Source of the DNA: Geosiphon pyriformis uo1
Taxonomy: Eukaryota; Fungi; Glomeromycota
Reading direction: 5' to 3'
Length of the DNA: 64,000 nt
Assembly (NCBI GenBank): GCA_016748015.1
Contig: JAAOMT010000402.1
Span: 40,196-104,195, forward strand
The notes beneath the pieces are model-generated. The model worked only from the letters and a program-made list of their open reading frames with translations. It was not told the DNA's origin and ran no database searches. The translations under genes were made by a program, and so were the position numbers. Shown piece by piece: positions 39,491 to 53,699 of this stretch (position 1 is the stretch's first letter; each line of letters begins with the position of its first letter).

Positions 39491-41740
39491 ATGTCTTCAA
39501 CTTCATCAATTGAAAACGCAACTTCACTCCTTGACTGGCTTGAAGGAGCATTGATTGTCATCAAAGAACATTTGGCCATTATCCCAGTTAGTGAATGTTC
39601 AAAAGTTGCCAACTTTGTGAAAATATATCTTGAGCATAATCAGGAAACACCTGAAGACTTATTCAGAAAGCAGCGAATGCAGAAGATTCTTTTAGACAAT
39701 TATTTTTAGGACGTTGTTACAATCATGGACTTGGTACTTCACAAGATCGAGGAAAAGCATTTGAGCTATATTCAAAAGCAACAATGGGGGGTAATACAAA
39801 TGCACAATTGAATCTTAGACTTTGTTATCAATATGGATGGGAACAACAAAAGATTCAGAAAAAGCATTTGAACTCTATTCAAAAGTAGCAGAAGCGGGAC
39901 ATGCAAATGTACAATACAATCTTGGAAACTGTTATCAATATGGATGGGGAACGACGAAAAATGAGGGAAAAGAATTTGAACTCTATTCAAAAGCAGCAGA
40001 GGCAGGAAGTTAACTTGGACATATCGCTCTTGGAGAATATTATCTAAATGAACTAGAAACGATAAAAGATCCGCAAAATGGATGGGAAATAGTGAAAAAT
40101 CTGGATGAAACGTTTCAATTCTTTTTAAAAACAGCAGAGGCGGGAAATTAAAATACACAATATAACCTTGGATGGGGTTATCAAAGTGGATGGGGAACCA
40201 CAAGAAACCTAGAAAAAGCCTTTGAACTCTATTTAAAAGCAGCAGGAGCAAATAAATTTTGTTTTCAAAGTGATTTTCCTGATTTGAATGTCCATGACCT
40301 TACTTTAGTGGATCAAAACAATCTGGAATATAACCTTTTACGATTCCAAAATCGAGGTTTTAAATATCCAGATAATTTGCAAGGAGAATTTTTAAATTTT
40401 GAAGCTTTCTTTGACCAGCTCTCGGATGAATTCAAGTGTTTTAAATGTGACAACTTGAGTATAATCATTAATGGATCTGCTATATGTCCATTTTGTGATA
40501 CTGATAAAACTGATGATACCTTTAAAGCCGGATTGCCGAAATATCTAGAATGCTATAGAGCATTAAAAGATCCACTTTGGTGTGAATCTTGTGAATCATC
40601 GCGATTTTCACGGATTTGGGACACATGGAAAAGTGGAAATGAAAATATTGATCAGTATATACTATACACACAGCGAAATTCTGAAAACTGCAGAGGCTGT
40701 CTGGAATTGATTTTTCCCGATGAGATTATATATTTAGATAAAGTGGGAGAGGGAGGATTTGGTATTGTCGGTGGGAGAGAGGCAGAATTCTATTTTCGGG
40801 ATAAGAAAAATCAAAAGCATGAAGGAAGCGGGGTTACAAAAGTTACTTTAAAATGCCTTAAAGACAAATAAAACATACAATATATCAATTCAAATGAGGT
40901 ATCTATCTTTAAGAATCTATGTAGTTTTTATTATACTCATTTCTTCACTAAAATCAAGAAATTTATTGAATAGTTTATTCCGCATCTTAGGAGTGCCTCT
41001 TGCAAATACATCCTTGAATGCTATGGAATCACAAAAGATGTTACAACTAATGAATTCGTTATGGTTTTACCATTTGCAGAACATGGGGACCTTAGAGCTT
41101 TTCTAAAGATGAACAAGGATACTTTTACTTGGGATATGTTTCTTCGAATTCTTTTTCAAATTGTTAGTGGCCTAAGGTTTATGCATGATTCAGAACTAGT
41201 GCATGGGGACATGCATCCTGGCAATATCCTTGTTTCGAAATCAAATCCCTTAAAAGTGGCCATTGCTGACCTAGGATTCTGTAGTCCTGCCAATTTCTCT
41301 ACACAACCTAACGAGATCTTTGGCGTTGTTGAATACTCAGCGCCTGAAGTTTGTAACTTGTCGTCTCATACCAAATACAGCGATATTTATAGTTGTGCTA
41401 ACATTTCCTGGGAAATTATTTCAGGAGAAAGACCGTGGAATGATGTTAAAAATTTTATGTACATTCAAATAGACATAGTTCAGGGAAAGCACCCCATAAT
41501 CGAGAAGCGTACGCCTCAATGTATTCAGGAAATGATTGAAAAGAATTGGGATCAGAATCTATATTGCCGTGATACTGCAGAAGAACTTCAACAAAAAGTT
41601 ATTTGCTGCTCGTGACGATTGCAACTTAAACAAACTTGTCCGTGAAAAAAGACTTAATTTCGAAGAGACACAAGATGCTACCCGAGATACAACAAGATAT
41701 AGAAGCCAATTAATCTCAAAACCTACATTTTCTATGGGTA
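39491..41740 (+). pseudogene. Sel1-repeat + TKL kinase pseudogene (paralog of 24826-27013)
   Basis: Same layout and intron positions; HGDMHPGN, ADLG, YSAPE; frameshifts and stops in the Sel1 and glycine-loop regions. Confidence 0.85.
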
Positions 41741-44700
41741 AGGCCTTCTATTTATTATTATTATTATTATTTAATATCTAAAAAACTTTCTATGATTCGC
41801 TTCCCATTTTTGAGTGCGAGAGTTATTAACTATAAAGCGTTGCCTTCTTCATGATATTTATATATAACACATTTTGAAAGCGAACCATTAGGTAATTTAT
41901 TTTTTTTGATTGAAGTATTCAACTGCAATTTTTTTTTATAGGTGTTAAAGATTATAAACATATTTTAGTATATCCTAAATTAAAATCTCAAGTAACCAAA
42001 AATTATACAAATATATTAAACCTAAAATAGTTATATATATATTTCTCAAATGAATAATGATTAATAATGTTATTGTGGATTTTTCGAAATGGGTATGAAT
42101 TAATAAAATTGTTGTTTTTAACTTATTAATTTGATGATTTCAATAAAAAACAATAGAATGAAGTGAATTTTTTAAAAAAAATGAGAACTCTATGTGAATG
42201 TTTTTAACCATAAATTGAGATTATTTTCATTCTGAAAATTAACAACTATTAAATAAATAAAAATAAATATATATAATAATTAAAAATCTATTAGGCTTTC
42301 TTAATAATAATAATAATAATAAATTTGGAGTAAAATTTTTGTTTAACTTATTATTTCTTCATGAAATTCAGTCAGATTTTAATTTAAAAAAAAGTCCAGT
42401 ATTTTTATAATATAATAAAAGAGAAAAATTTTTTAAACATTAACACTTTAATAATAAAGCAAAATTTGAAATCAAAAATAAATAATTTGTTATAAGTTAT
42501 AATATCAATAATAAAAAAATGTGAAAATTTGAAATCGCTGTTGAAAATAAATAAAATTGCAAAAATGGTAACAAATAAGTTTTCTAAAATAAGTTTTCAA
42601 TTAATTGAAATTATAATAATTATTATTACTTAGATTTTTAAAATGGGAAACGATATTTTAAAAAATGGTCATTTTTAACCACAAAATATATTTTTTAAAT
42701 AATATTATATTTTGTTGTGTATTTATAACATGTCGCGTTATAAGCAGTTATTAAATATCAATATGCGATTAAAAAGATATTGTATATGGTCTGATTAATA
42801 TTACAATTACTTTTTGATATTTAAACATTATTCAAAAAATCTTAAAATTACCTTTTTAAAATATATTATTCATTTAAATCTTGGTGCTTTTCCAAATCCT
42901 TTATGTATATATATATATATATATATATATAAATATATTTTCAAACCTTTTGAAATGTAAAAAGCCAAATGATTTAAGAAGGACTTATTAAAGTACGCAT
43001 CTTAAAAGTTTAGTTTAAAATTTTATTTATCAAATCTAATTCATTCCTTTTTTTCATGTTTAATTGGTATCAAACATAGAATCCAATCAAGATTTCATGA
43101 ACTATAGTAATTAAATTAATTGTCAACATTACTAAGCTTATAAGAAAGCTTTATTATAGAATATTTTGATGATAAATAATTTAGTTGAATAATAATAATA
43201 ATAATAATAATTTAATTAAATATAAATTTTTTTAAAAAAGTCATATATTTACAATCAGACTCGTATTATGAATTGTAGAATGAGAGGGTTTTTTAATCTG
43301 CTACTCAAATAAATGGTGCTGTGATATATTGTTTTCGAATGTTATATAGCCGCTTTAAAATTAAAAAATTCATATATAATTTCTTCAAATGAAAAAAATA
43401 TTATTATTATTACAGTGTCTTATGATGGTTCATTAATTGAAACCTATAGAAAAAAAGAAAATGTACTCATTGTAAACTTACATGATTAAAATAGAATCTG
43501 AAATATTTTAAATTGGATTCAAAATTTAATTCAGAATTAGGAGTGTTAATGAGATTGAATGGAATAAAAGATTATAGAAGAATAACTACTGTTTTTGGTA
43601 AATATTTATAATATTTGATTTGATAAATTAATGAAAATTAAGCTATCACTTTGATTTTGATTATGATTTTCATGATTGAATTTGACAATCATAAATAAAG
43701 ATAGTAAAATAATCAAATCAATTAATCTATTCAAAAGACAATATACGATTTATTACACATTCCAGATTATCTCAATAAAACTGATTCAAGAAAAGAATTT
43801 TTCTTTATACTGGACATGGAAGAAAGTTCTTAAAAAACTAATAAACAATCTTTTTCTGACAAGAAGATTATTATAATCTGTATTTTCATAAAAAACATTT
43901 AATATATTTTTGAAAAAGATATTTTACCCCGAAAGTTTTTCATAAAGGTGTAGCACAATTTATATAAAAAAATTAAAAAATGAAACGAGTTTCACAGATT
44001 TGACTTTTAATTAAATGTGATGAAAGAAAATTATTTGTCTTATTTCTATACAAGAATGTTCAAAACCAAGGTGGAAGCATGGATATTCGTGAAATAGATA
44101 GAATAAATACCCCCATATACCTTACTATATAAATAATTTAAAGGTTCTGACAGTTAAAAAAAAGTTTGGTTTGAAAAATAGATTTATTCTCAATTTTCTC
44201 AAGTGGTATAATGACTTTTGTAAGCCACTATACTTCTATCTATTTATTTATCTATCTATTTATCTATCTATCAAAGCGATAAACTAAACCTGATTCTGAT
44301 GCAAAGGATTTCTGCAAATTCACAATATTCATGGAAGGCGGGGTGATGTTGTAATGATGAAAATTCATAAAAAAATTTGGTAATTCAAAACAGGTAAATG
44401 TAAATACTCAGTTTTTACTTTCTTAAAAAATTTTTTATAGATTAAATATACTTTCTTTTTTTTTATGAGTCATTATAAAAAAGTTTACTATCAGAAAATT
44501 TTGAATCTTATTATTACTATTGATTTTTAAGCTACACCGATTAGACTTTTACATTTTGATTTAGAAAGAACCTCAAAAGTAAATTCTTTTAAAATATTAA
44601 AATATTTATTATCTTTTACAATTTCAGTTGAACAAAAATCATTAATCATAAGACTAATAAAATTAAAATCAGAATCAGTAGACGGGGAAATGATATGACG

Positions 44701-47169
44701 TAAAATTCTTTGAAATAAAGATTTTATTGAATACAAAGTTTAGGATCAAAGAAAAAATTTTTCCTTATTTTATATCTGACATTTTAAATGGAGGCGTTTT
44801 TATGTCTGGATCTAGAAGGAATCTCGAATTTTACCCAATGTAGAAAAATAAAAATAGAATTCTTCAAGACACTTGAAAATTAATTATCTTATAATTTCAG
44901 TTGTATCAAAATTATTATTAATCAGAATCAGCAGGCCAGGAAATATTATGATCTTAAATTTTTCAAAAAGGGCTTAGAAATCCAAAGTAAATAGCAAATA
45001 ATTTTGATATAATGATTCAAATAAATAAATAAATCACTTCCATTAACATTTAATTGACATATGAGTTTTCAGTAATATTAATAGCTTTATATTTCATAAG
45101 AAAGAGGAAAATTTTCAATGTATGTTATTTTCACTGCTATCTATTTTGTAGCAATGATTGTTTTAAATTTAAAATTAAGTAAATATTCAACAACTTTTGT
45201 TCAGTTAAGATAACAGTTTTGTAGTTGTGTTTCTATTAAATGAATTCCAGTCTCTATTGATGTTATAATCGATTCATATTCATAATAAATAATGAAAAAG
45301 ATGTGAAAGCTTTATATTTATTAAAGCAATCTTTAAAGTTTTCAAATTTAAACAGATTTATCGTGTGCACATTTTTAATTCAATATTTTTTTTCTCAAAT
45401 TTCTTATAAATTTTATTTTGTGCAAATGTTGATAACTTAAGAAATTAGTACATTGAGCAAATCAAAATAAAAAATTTGCTTTCTTAAATAGATTAACTTT
45501 TGGTTTTAAATAATGTCAATAGCTGAAATCAGAACTTAAAAATAAATTAAAACCATTACTTATTTGTAAAATTAAATTTCCATCGTTATTTATTACTTTC
45601 AATTATTTTTGTCAAAATTACCGTAATTTGCCGCATAAAAGAGGGTCTGTTACATTTCTACCCTTGAATTTTTTATTTTGACTCCCCCCCTCCCAGAAGG
45701 TGTTGAGGAGGTACTATATTTGGAGGGTATTAATCGTGATTTTTTTTATCATTACTTTTTTTGATTTTTTTTATAAATCACATGGCAATCACAGCATCTA
45801 ATTAATATTATAGACCTGAATCTACAGTAATCATCTTTAACCAATTGATTTTGATCGATAATTTTATTTTATTTTATTTTTTTTCTAATTTTTTATTAAG
45901 AATTGAATTGTTCTGCTGATGACTTAAATAAGTATTGGGACTGTAATTCTATTTCGCTTTCAATTAGTCAAAGAAAATTATGGCTCTATTCGCAGTAATA
46001 TTTTTTGATTAATAGATTGATTAATATATATATCAAAAGCAATTAGCTTTAAAAAAAAAAATTTCGAAATAGGACTCCATATATGTTGATTTATATTATA
46101 TATCTATAATTTCTTTATTAATAGTCACATTTCAAATTAATATATTAGAGAGAGAATGTATTTATGGAAAATATTTTTCATGAAAATACTTCGAGGAAAC
46201 TGTTATCTCAAAGCGATATTTCTAAATATACAAAATAAAATTTCCTAATTCTTATATTACTACTGTTTAAAAGGCATCGTGAAAGTTCTCAAAGTTAATT
46301 TTATATAATTCATTATTAATAATAGTTAATAAATTTGATATGATAAATTTATAATTATAATTATATTTATATTTATAAATAATTTTGTATATATGTTTTT
46401 ATTAAAAGTGTAGAAAATCGTTTAATTAATTATTAACTTTAAAAAAATTTATTTTTTACTTTTTTTTTATTTATTACATTAATTAAAAACATAAATTGTT
46501 TAATTTGAAAATAATTTGAGATTAGACTTTTACACAAAATATGACTTTTTTAAAATTATTATAAATAGTTAGAACTGGTTATAAATTTTCAAAAAGTGGC
46601 TTTAAAACAGAACCCAATTGAGCCTTTTTAAAAATAATAATTAAATTACACTCAATTAAGCATATTAAAAAAAAATAATTAAATATTTTAGTTTGAAATA
46701 ATTTTTTACGACTTAAAAAAAAAGTCAATAGCCAAATTTATGATTAGATTAAAAACTTGATTAAAAATCAGATTAATAATTTGGTTATTAATTAGATTAA
46801 TGATTAAATAAATAATCTAATTCTAATTAAGATATATATATTATTAATAAAAAACATATAATTATTTAAATAATAATAATAATTATAAGTTTGCTAATTT
46901 GAAAATTCAACTATAATAATATGTTTAAATTAATTTTGAAAATTTTTAAATTGGAAACTAAATTATTGTCTTAATAAGCAATTTTGCTTCAAATTATAAT
47001 ATTATAAATCGCTAAATTTTTTAATTTTTTTTATATAATATTCTTTTAAATGACTAAAATAATTTGATTCATCTTATCAATTTTAAAAAGAAATAAATGT
47101 CTAAAAAATTATGAAAAAACTACAAGTTAATAACAAAAAAAAGAATTAAATTTAAGACTAGAACTCTAT

Positions 47170-49300
47170 TTACATGGAATTTAATTCATTCATCTTCTGA
47201 GGTTTATCCGTTTATTTTTGAACATGGAACCAAATAAAGACACCATAAATTCGAGAAATTAAATTCATGCTCAAAATTATTGAGTTTATAATAAGACTTA
47301 TTAAAAGAATAATATTATAAACGAATGTTTTTTGATAATAAATAATATATTTGAAAATAATTATATAAGATATTTAATCTAATCAAGCATTGAAAATTTA
47401 ATTTAGCTAAAACGTACCTGAATTATAAATTGTGGAATATTTTTAATGAAAATATTAATACCACTACCCCAGAATATTAAATATTCAACTCTTTTGAATA
47501 TTGGGGCATTGAAAATATCAAAGTTGGCGTATTTCGAATAGAAGAGATTTAGGGTATCAATATCGGTAGCGGAGAACAAAGTAAATAACGCAGCGGGTTT
47601 TGTATGTTTCTGTAACCACAAAACATATTCATCATTTATGGTAATCTCTGTAATTACGATTTAAGCTGCTAATCCACTATTAAAAAGAAAAGATATAACT
47701 AGGAAAAGAATGCTTATTGATAAAATAATTAATAAGATTTTTGTAGATTTTAAGGAATTTACTAAAGATTTAAAAATTTTTGAGAATTACCTTGGTAAAT
47801 ATAAATCTCTCACATGTTTTCCATTATTTACAACAAATATGATTTCGATTACAACATCGAATAGAATTAATGTAATAGAAACGATTATAAAATTCTTACC
47901 CTAAAATTGTAAAAGTTATTAAATATTTGTTAAATTTTTAATTTCAAACTAGCAATAATTCTAATATACTGTAACTATAAAAAAGTTTAATACCTCGGGA
48001 TTTTTCTTTCTTCCTATAAAATATAGTGCCATTAATATTACTGCAATAATAGCAATCGCAATTAACTTTAATTTATTTTCTTCCCAAAGATTGGCTAAAG
48101 AAATAGAGCAAGTACACATGTATTAGATGATATGTAATTTAATAAAAATCAAGTGTTGAAGATTATATTATAATTACTCACATTCAACTTGAAACCCATA
48201 AGCTTCATCTAAAAAACCTGTATGTGAATAATTACTAATAGGACTGAACCATTTATTTTTAACTATTGTATCAAGATTATTTGTAATTTCTTTTCAATTT
48301 ATCATTTATTGAAAATATTTTGAGTTGTAATATTTTGTGACTGATTTATCAGTCTTATAATTAATGATTTTGAAATAATGGCTTTTAACTAGAATGGTTA
48401 AAGCCAATTGATCTTCAAGTGTCTCGAAAAATTCACTGCTGTTTCTACTTTCGGTGAAATTCGAAGTTCCGTCTTGATTCAGACGCAAAAGTCCAGTCAA
48501 GATAGCTTAAATCAATAAATGATATGTATTTTAAATAAATGGCAATTTTCAAAATTTTTTAATAGAAAATAAACAATAAACTTTCTTATCTGCATAAATG
48601 CTCTTTTGCTCTAAATAAATAAGTGAACAAACAAATTAATGAATGAATAAATGAATAATTAATAATTAAATTTTAAAATAAATTTCTTAAAAAGCAAAAA
48701 AAATAAAAAATGAATATTTCCTTGTTTTAAATTACAAAATATTTCTATGAATTTCCCTAATGACTTCATTATATTTTACATCTTTTACAAAATTATTAGT
48801 GATAATTATAAAATAAACTTAATCTGGTTAATTAAATATGCTTTCTAATAGTTTCACAATAATTGTTTTCTTATCTAAATAACAATTTATTCTAAAGATA
48901 TTTTGTCATAGAATTGGTATAGTATTATTTTTGATAAATAGAATTCATTAACAAAAAAATGTTTAAATATTAATATAACTTTCTCTTCTTAACAATAGTA
49001 ATAAGTAATTTGCTGATAAACAAAGATGTATTAATAATCTATTAGTTGATAGAAACAGTTATAATTTTGTTAATATTAATAGATATACTATTGAATTTAA
49101 AAAATTTACTTGTAATATTGAAAATACACTATATTTTTACATAATTATTGTCAATTTATATAGTATTATCAACAAAAACATTAGCAGCCAAAAAATATAA
49201 GACTTGCTTGATTCTTTATACAACCCAATTTGGTTATAAATTTGGTATCAATATAATAATTACAGAATTGTTTATACTTTTTAATCTTACACAAAAAAAA
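47170..49300 (-). pseudogene. Decayed multi-TM membrane protein gene of a Glomeromycota multicopy family
   Basis: Motif AALFTLFSATDIDTL…FNAP…IFWGSGINIFIKNIPQFIIQ, several TM-rich exons, internal stops; the 5' part is heavily AT-eroded. Confidence 0.6.
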
Positions 49301-52300
49301 GTCATTAAAAATCTGTCAAAGCAAAAGAAAAAACACTTTATTTTGATCTAAACTATCATAAATTTTATAGTTATTTATAAACTAAAATCTGTTATAACAC
49401 AATTAATTTTTTTACTTTAAATATTATTAACAAATTTAACAAACCTATTACTATTTATTAAATAAAACTAATTTATTAAATTGTATATTTTGCACATGTT
49501 CTATAAAAACCAGTCACACTTTAAAATTAAACGTATAGTAAAAATTGGTAAAAAATGAAATTATTTTTTAAAACTAAAAAGTTGTCTCTTTAAAACATAT
49601 TAAACTTATTACAAGTAACAAAAATATAATTATACAACAGTTTTAATAAAGTTTTTTTGGAAGTTTTAATCAGAATTATTAGTTAAGTATTAATTAAAAT
49701 ATTTTTCCAATCATAAAATTTAAAAATTATTAAAACTCAAATATGTTTTTACTAAATAGATATTAATTCTAAGATTAAATAAGAATTAATTAGATTTAAT
49801 AACAAATTATTAATACACTTACTACAGTAATTCTAAAATTTAATTAAAATGCTTAACAATTTAGCAGTTTTGTCATTAAAAAAAATTTTAATTATATTTA
49901 AAATTTTATTTTAAGTAACTTAATTTATTATGTTTGCAAAAGTATTTTTATTAACATAGTCAAAAAAAGTATATTAACATTATTAAAAATGATAAAATTT
50001 ATGAAAAATAATATGTTTTTTGGTTCAGTTTTTTATAATTAAATTAACAAATAATTTTACATTATTAATATTCAAAATAAAATTATTATTTACAACCAAA
50101 TAATTCAAAACTATTTTGTAAAAAAAATATTTTAAAACATTGTATATTACATAATTCTTATTAATAATAAAGTTTTCTATATATTAATTAATAACAATAT
50201 AAATTTTATTTGATTTGATCTTGTAAAATTTACAAAATTTTAAAACATAATAACTCTTTTTGTTTTATACAAAACTAATCTAATAATATTAATTTTAAAA
50301 TTAATATACATTAGATTCCAAACTACAATAACTTTTAAAAAATTTAAGGCTAACTAATTGTATATAAAACAAATAAAATTAAGATTTAATATTAAAGCAA
50401 ATAATTTAAAAATAAAAATTTTAACTTATAAAATATAATATATAAGCATTTTTTTATATATAACAATTTATTATATCAAGATTTTAAAAACATCTAATTA
50501 GCAACAAAATATACAATCTTTTTATATAATCTCTAAATTACTAACAAATTTTAATTTTCTAAAAGCATTTAAAAAGACAGTAGACTAAAACAGAAAAGTA
50601 TTCTTAAATTTAATCTATTTAAAACCATTAATATTTTTGAAATTAAATTTTTAATAATCTTTATTGGTTTGCTTATACAAAGTAAAAAGCTATATATCTA
50701 AAAAAAATTCCAAATTAACCAAATTACTAAAGTTTTGTAATTTATAAAAAAAATTTTATATTTTTATAATATCATAAACAATTATTGTATTATTTAAAAA
50801 AAGATACTAAAATACAATTAATTGTTTTTTTAATACCATGTAAATTTTTTTAAGTTATAGTTTTAATAAATAAATTATGAAAGAGAAAATTAACCAAATC
50901 TAAATTTAAACATTTTTTAAATACAAAGCGTCACTTTTTGAAACCTTGGTACTTTCTGGAAATTATTTATATTATTACGCGGATCCTCATGACTCATTTT
51001 TTTGACTCTGTTATCCTAAAATGGCTAAATACAATCAGTATGGAAATCAAATTCACATCCCCCTTAAAACCGTGGGATTCATTATAACGTTTAATTTAAC
51101 TCTTCTCTTTGTCTAAGAAAACAATATAAATGGTCACAGATGGATTAGCCATTAAGAACATATCTCGTATCCGAAAAAAAAATTAATATACTAGACTGAA
51201 TAATGTAAAAAAAATGGAAAACCACCGGGCGTAGCCAATACGCGTACTCCCTGTTGTAACATGGGATCTGGAAACACGACTGTTTACTTAAAACACAGCC
51301 TCCAAACATTCAAAAGATTTCAAAACAAGTTTAGTGTTCATCATTATCATATCAAGATTACATTTTCAACATGAGATACTAAAAAAAAATAGGGCTTTGG
51401 CAATGGGCAACAAATGACAAAGAATTGGAAAAGTATTGACAATCAACAAATAATTAACTATCTAATTTAAAGACCTGAATAAAATCGAGCGCATTATTTT
51501 AAATGAATTCCATTCCATGGAAGCGTATCCCCGCCTCGACCCACGTAACGGAAAGTTCGAATGTCGGTAAATATTTACATTTTTAGATGGGTGATTGATT
51601 TAATTCACTTGATTTAATCTACTTAAACAGGCTTACTGGGTGATTGATTTAATACACTTAAACAGACTAGTTTTTCAAAAAGTTCTTGGTTAACTTTACA
51701 AGAGATTATTAAACGTAATTAGACTTAATAGGGATTTTTCTATATTAATTCCCCTCATTATAACACAATAATTTCATTAAGATTGCATGAAATAAATAGA
51801 ACTTATTCCAATAAAGTCTCATAATCTAAAAATAACAATACTAATATTTCTATTTATTAAATCACTGTGCCTAAACCAAATAATATCCTATGAGAAAACA
51901 TTAATGCAGGCAAGAACATTAATTGTTTATTTCTATTAGAAATTTTTTAAACGATTGCCAGCTAAATAAAATACATAATAAATGTTTTTGTTGATTTTAA
52001 GCTACCATTACTGGGCTTTTGCATTTGAACCTCGATATTCACCAAAAGTGAACATAATAGTAAATTTTATGACAAAAAAATCTGAAAATAAAGAATAGTC
52101 TATATTGTCAATAAAAAATAATACATTAATATAATTTTATGTCTTATGTTGATGTTTTTAGAATTTAATATTAGGCATTAGTTATCTTTTTTAATAAATG
52201 TTTATTTAATATACTTTACAAAAACTAACAATTATACAAATCAAGAAAAGAAAAAAAATAAATAGTGGAAAAAAATAAAAAAGTTGATATTATTGTATTG

Positions 52301-53699
52301 ATTTAAGTGTAAATTCGAATGTAAATATTCTTTTACAGCTTTACTTATATACTTTTAAAAAAGAAAATAATGATCAAATCAATAATTTAATTAATAATTA
52401 AATCTATAATTAAGTTAATAATCAAGTTAATAATTAAGTTAATAATTAAGTTATTGATCAAATTAATAATCATATCAACAATTAATTCTAAAAATAGAAT
52501 AACTAATTAATAATATTAATGACTAATACATATGACTAATTATAATTAAGTAAATAAATAAAAATTAAAAAGTAAAAGTTTCAACTATAACAATATTATT
52601 TTTAACAAATTTTATATCAAATATTTTAGACAAAAAAAACTAATCAAAGATGATATTAATAATTATATTTTTAAACTAATATATTACAACTTTATTACTA
52701 AAATAAAAAAATAATAAAAAAACAGAAAAAAAAATTTAGCTAAATATTATAGTTTATTATAATAACTTATTTATAATAATTAGTAAAGAAAAAAATATTT
52801 AAGATAAATTATTAATTATAACACAAATATTAAATAATTATATTTAATTTTGAAATTTATTTACTTTCAATAACTTATTGTTTATTTTAATTTTTATAAT
52901 AAAAAATACATATTTGCAATTTTACTATTATTATATAAACAATATAACAGACTTAATAACAAAATATTAACTAATTATATCGTAATAATATATTTTTATT
53001 AAAAAAATAGATAAATCAAGTATTATTGATCTTAATTTTTATAAAAAATTTTACCAAATATGTTTTTAGGCTTATAACCAATTAGAATTCTTAATTATTA
53101 TCTTATAAAATACTTAATAGTAATATATTTGACTTTAATTGGTTTTATGATATTTTCTAAATATAAATATAAATTATAAAATACTATATAGCATATAATT
53201 ATAATGTTAAAAAAACTTTATAAGATAAATATTTTAATTAGAAATATTTATTAAAATAATATTTTAAAATTTTCAGATAATAATTAAATATAAATTAACT
53301 TTAAAAAAACTGTTTTTTTAAAAATTTTAAAATACAATAATAATAAAAATATTGTCTTATAATTAGATATGTTTGTTATTTATTTTACAAAAACCTTTAT
53401 TGTTTTTTAAAACTTTAGAATTTAAATTAAAAACAAATTGGTATAGTATTACAAACAATATATTGTTATAGTCAGATATAACATATTAATAAATAGCAAA
53501 ATAAAATGGTTATTAATTATATTAGTAGCTAATACATGAAACTACTATAACTAAATAAATAAATAAAAGCTGAAAAGTAAAAGTTTTAATTGTAATATTA
53601 TTATCTTTAAAAAATTGAGCTCTAGTAAAATAAAATTATGTATAAATAGTTTTAGTGTTTTTATCTTAAAACTAATTAATTTGTTAAAATTTTTAACTA

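Noticed and set aside
44600-44960. Diverged ~100-nt direct repeat
   Set aside because: Short, AT-rich, with no coding or structural support.
45619-46000. Possible MITE starting TACCGTAATTTGCCGC
   Set aside because: No convincing matching terminal inverted repeat found.
52380-52480. AAGTTAATAATT short tandem repeats, considered as CRISPR-like or telomeric
   Set aside because: No spacers; low-complexity eroded repeat in eukaryotic DNA.
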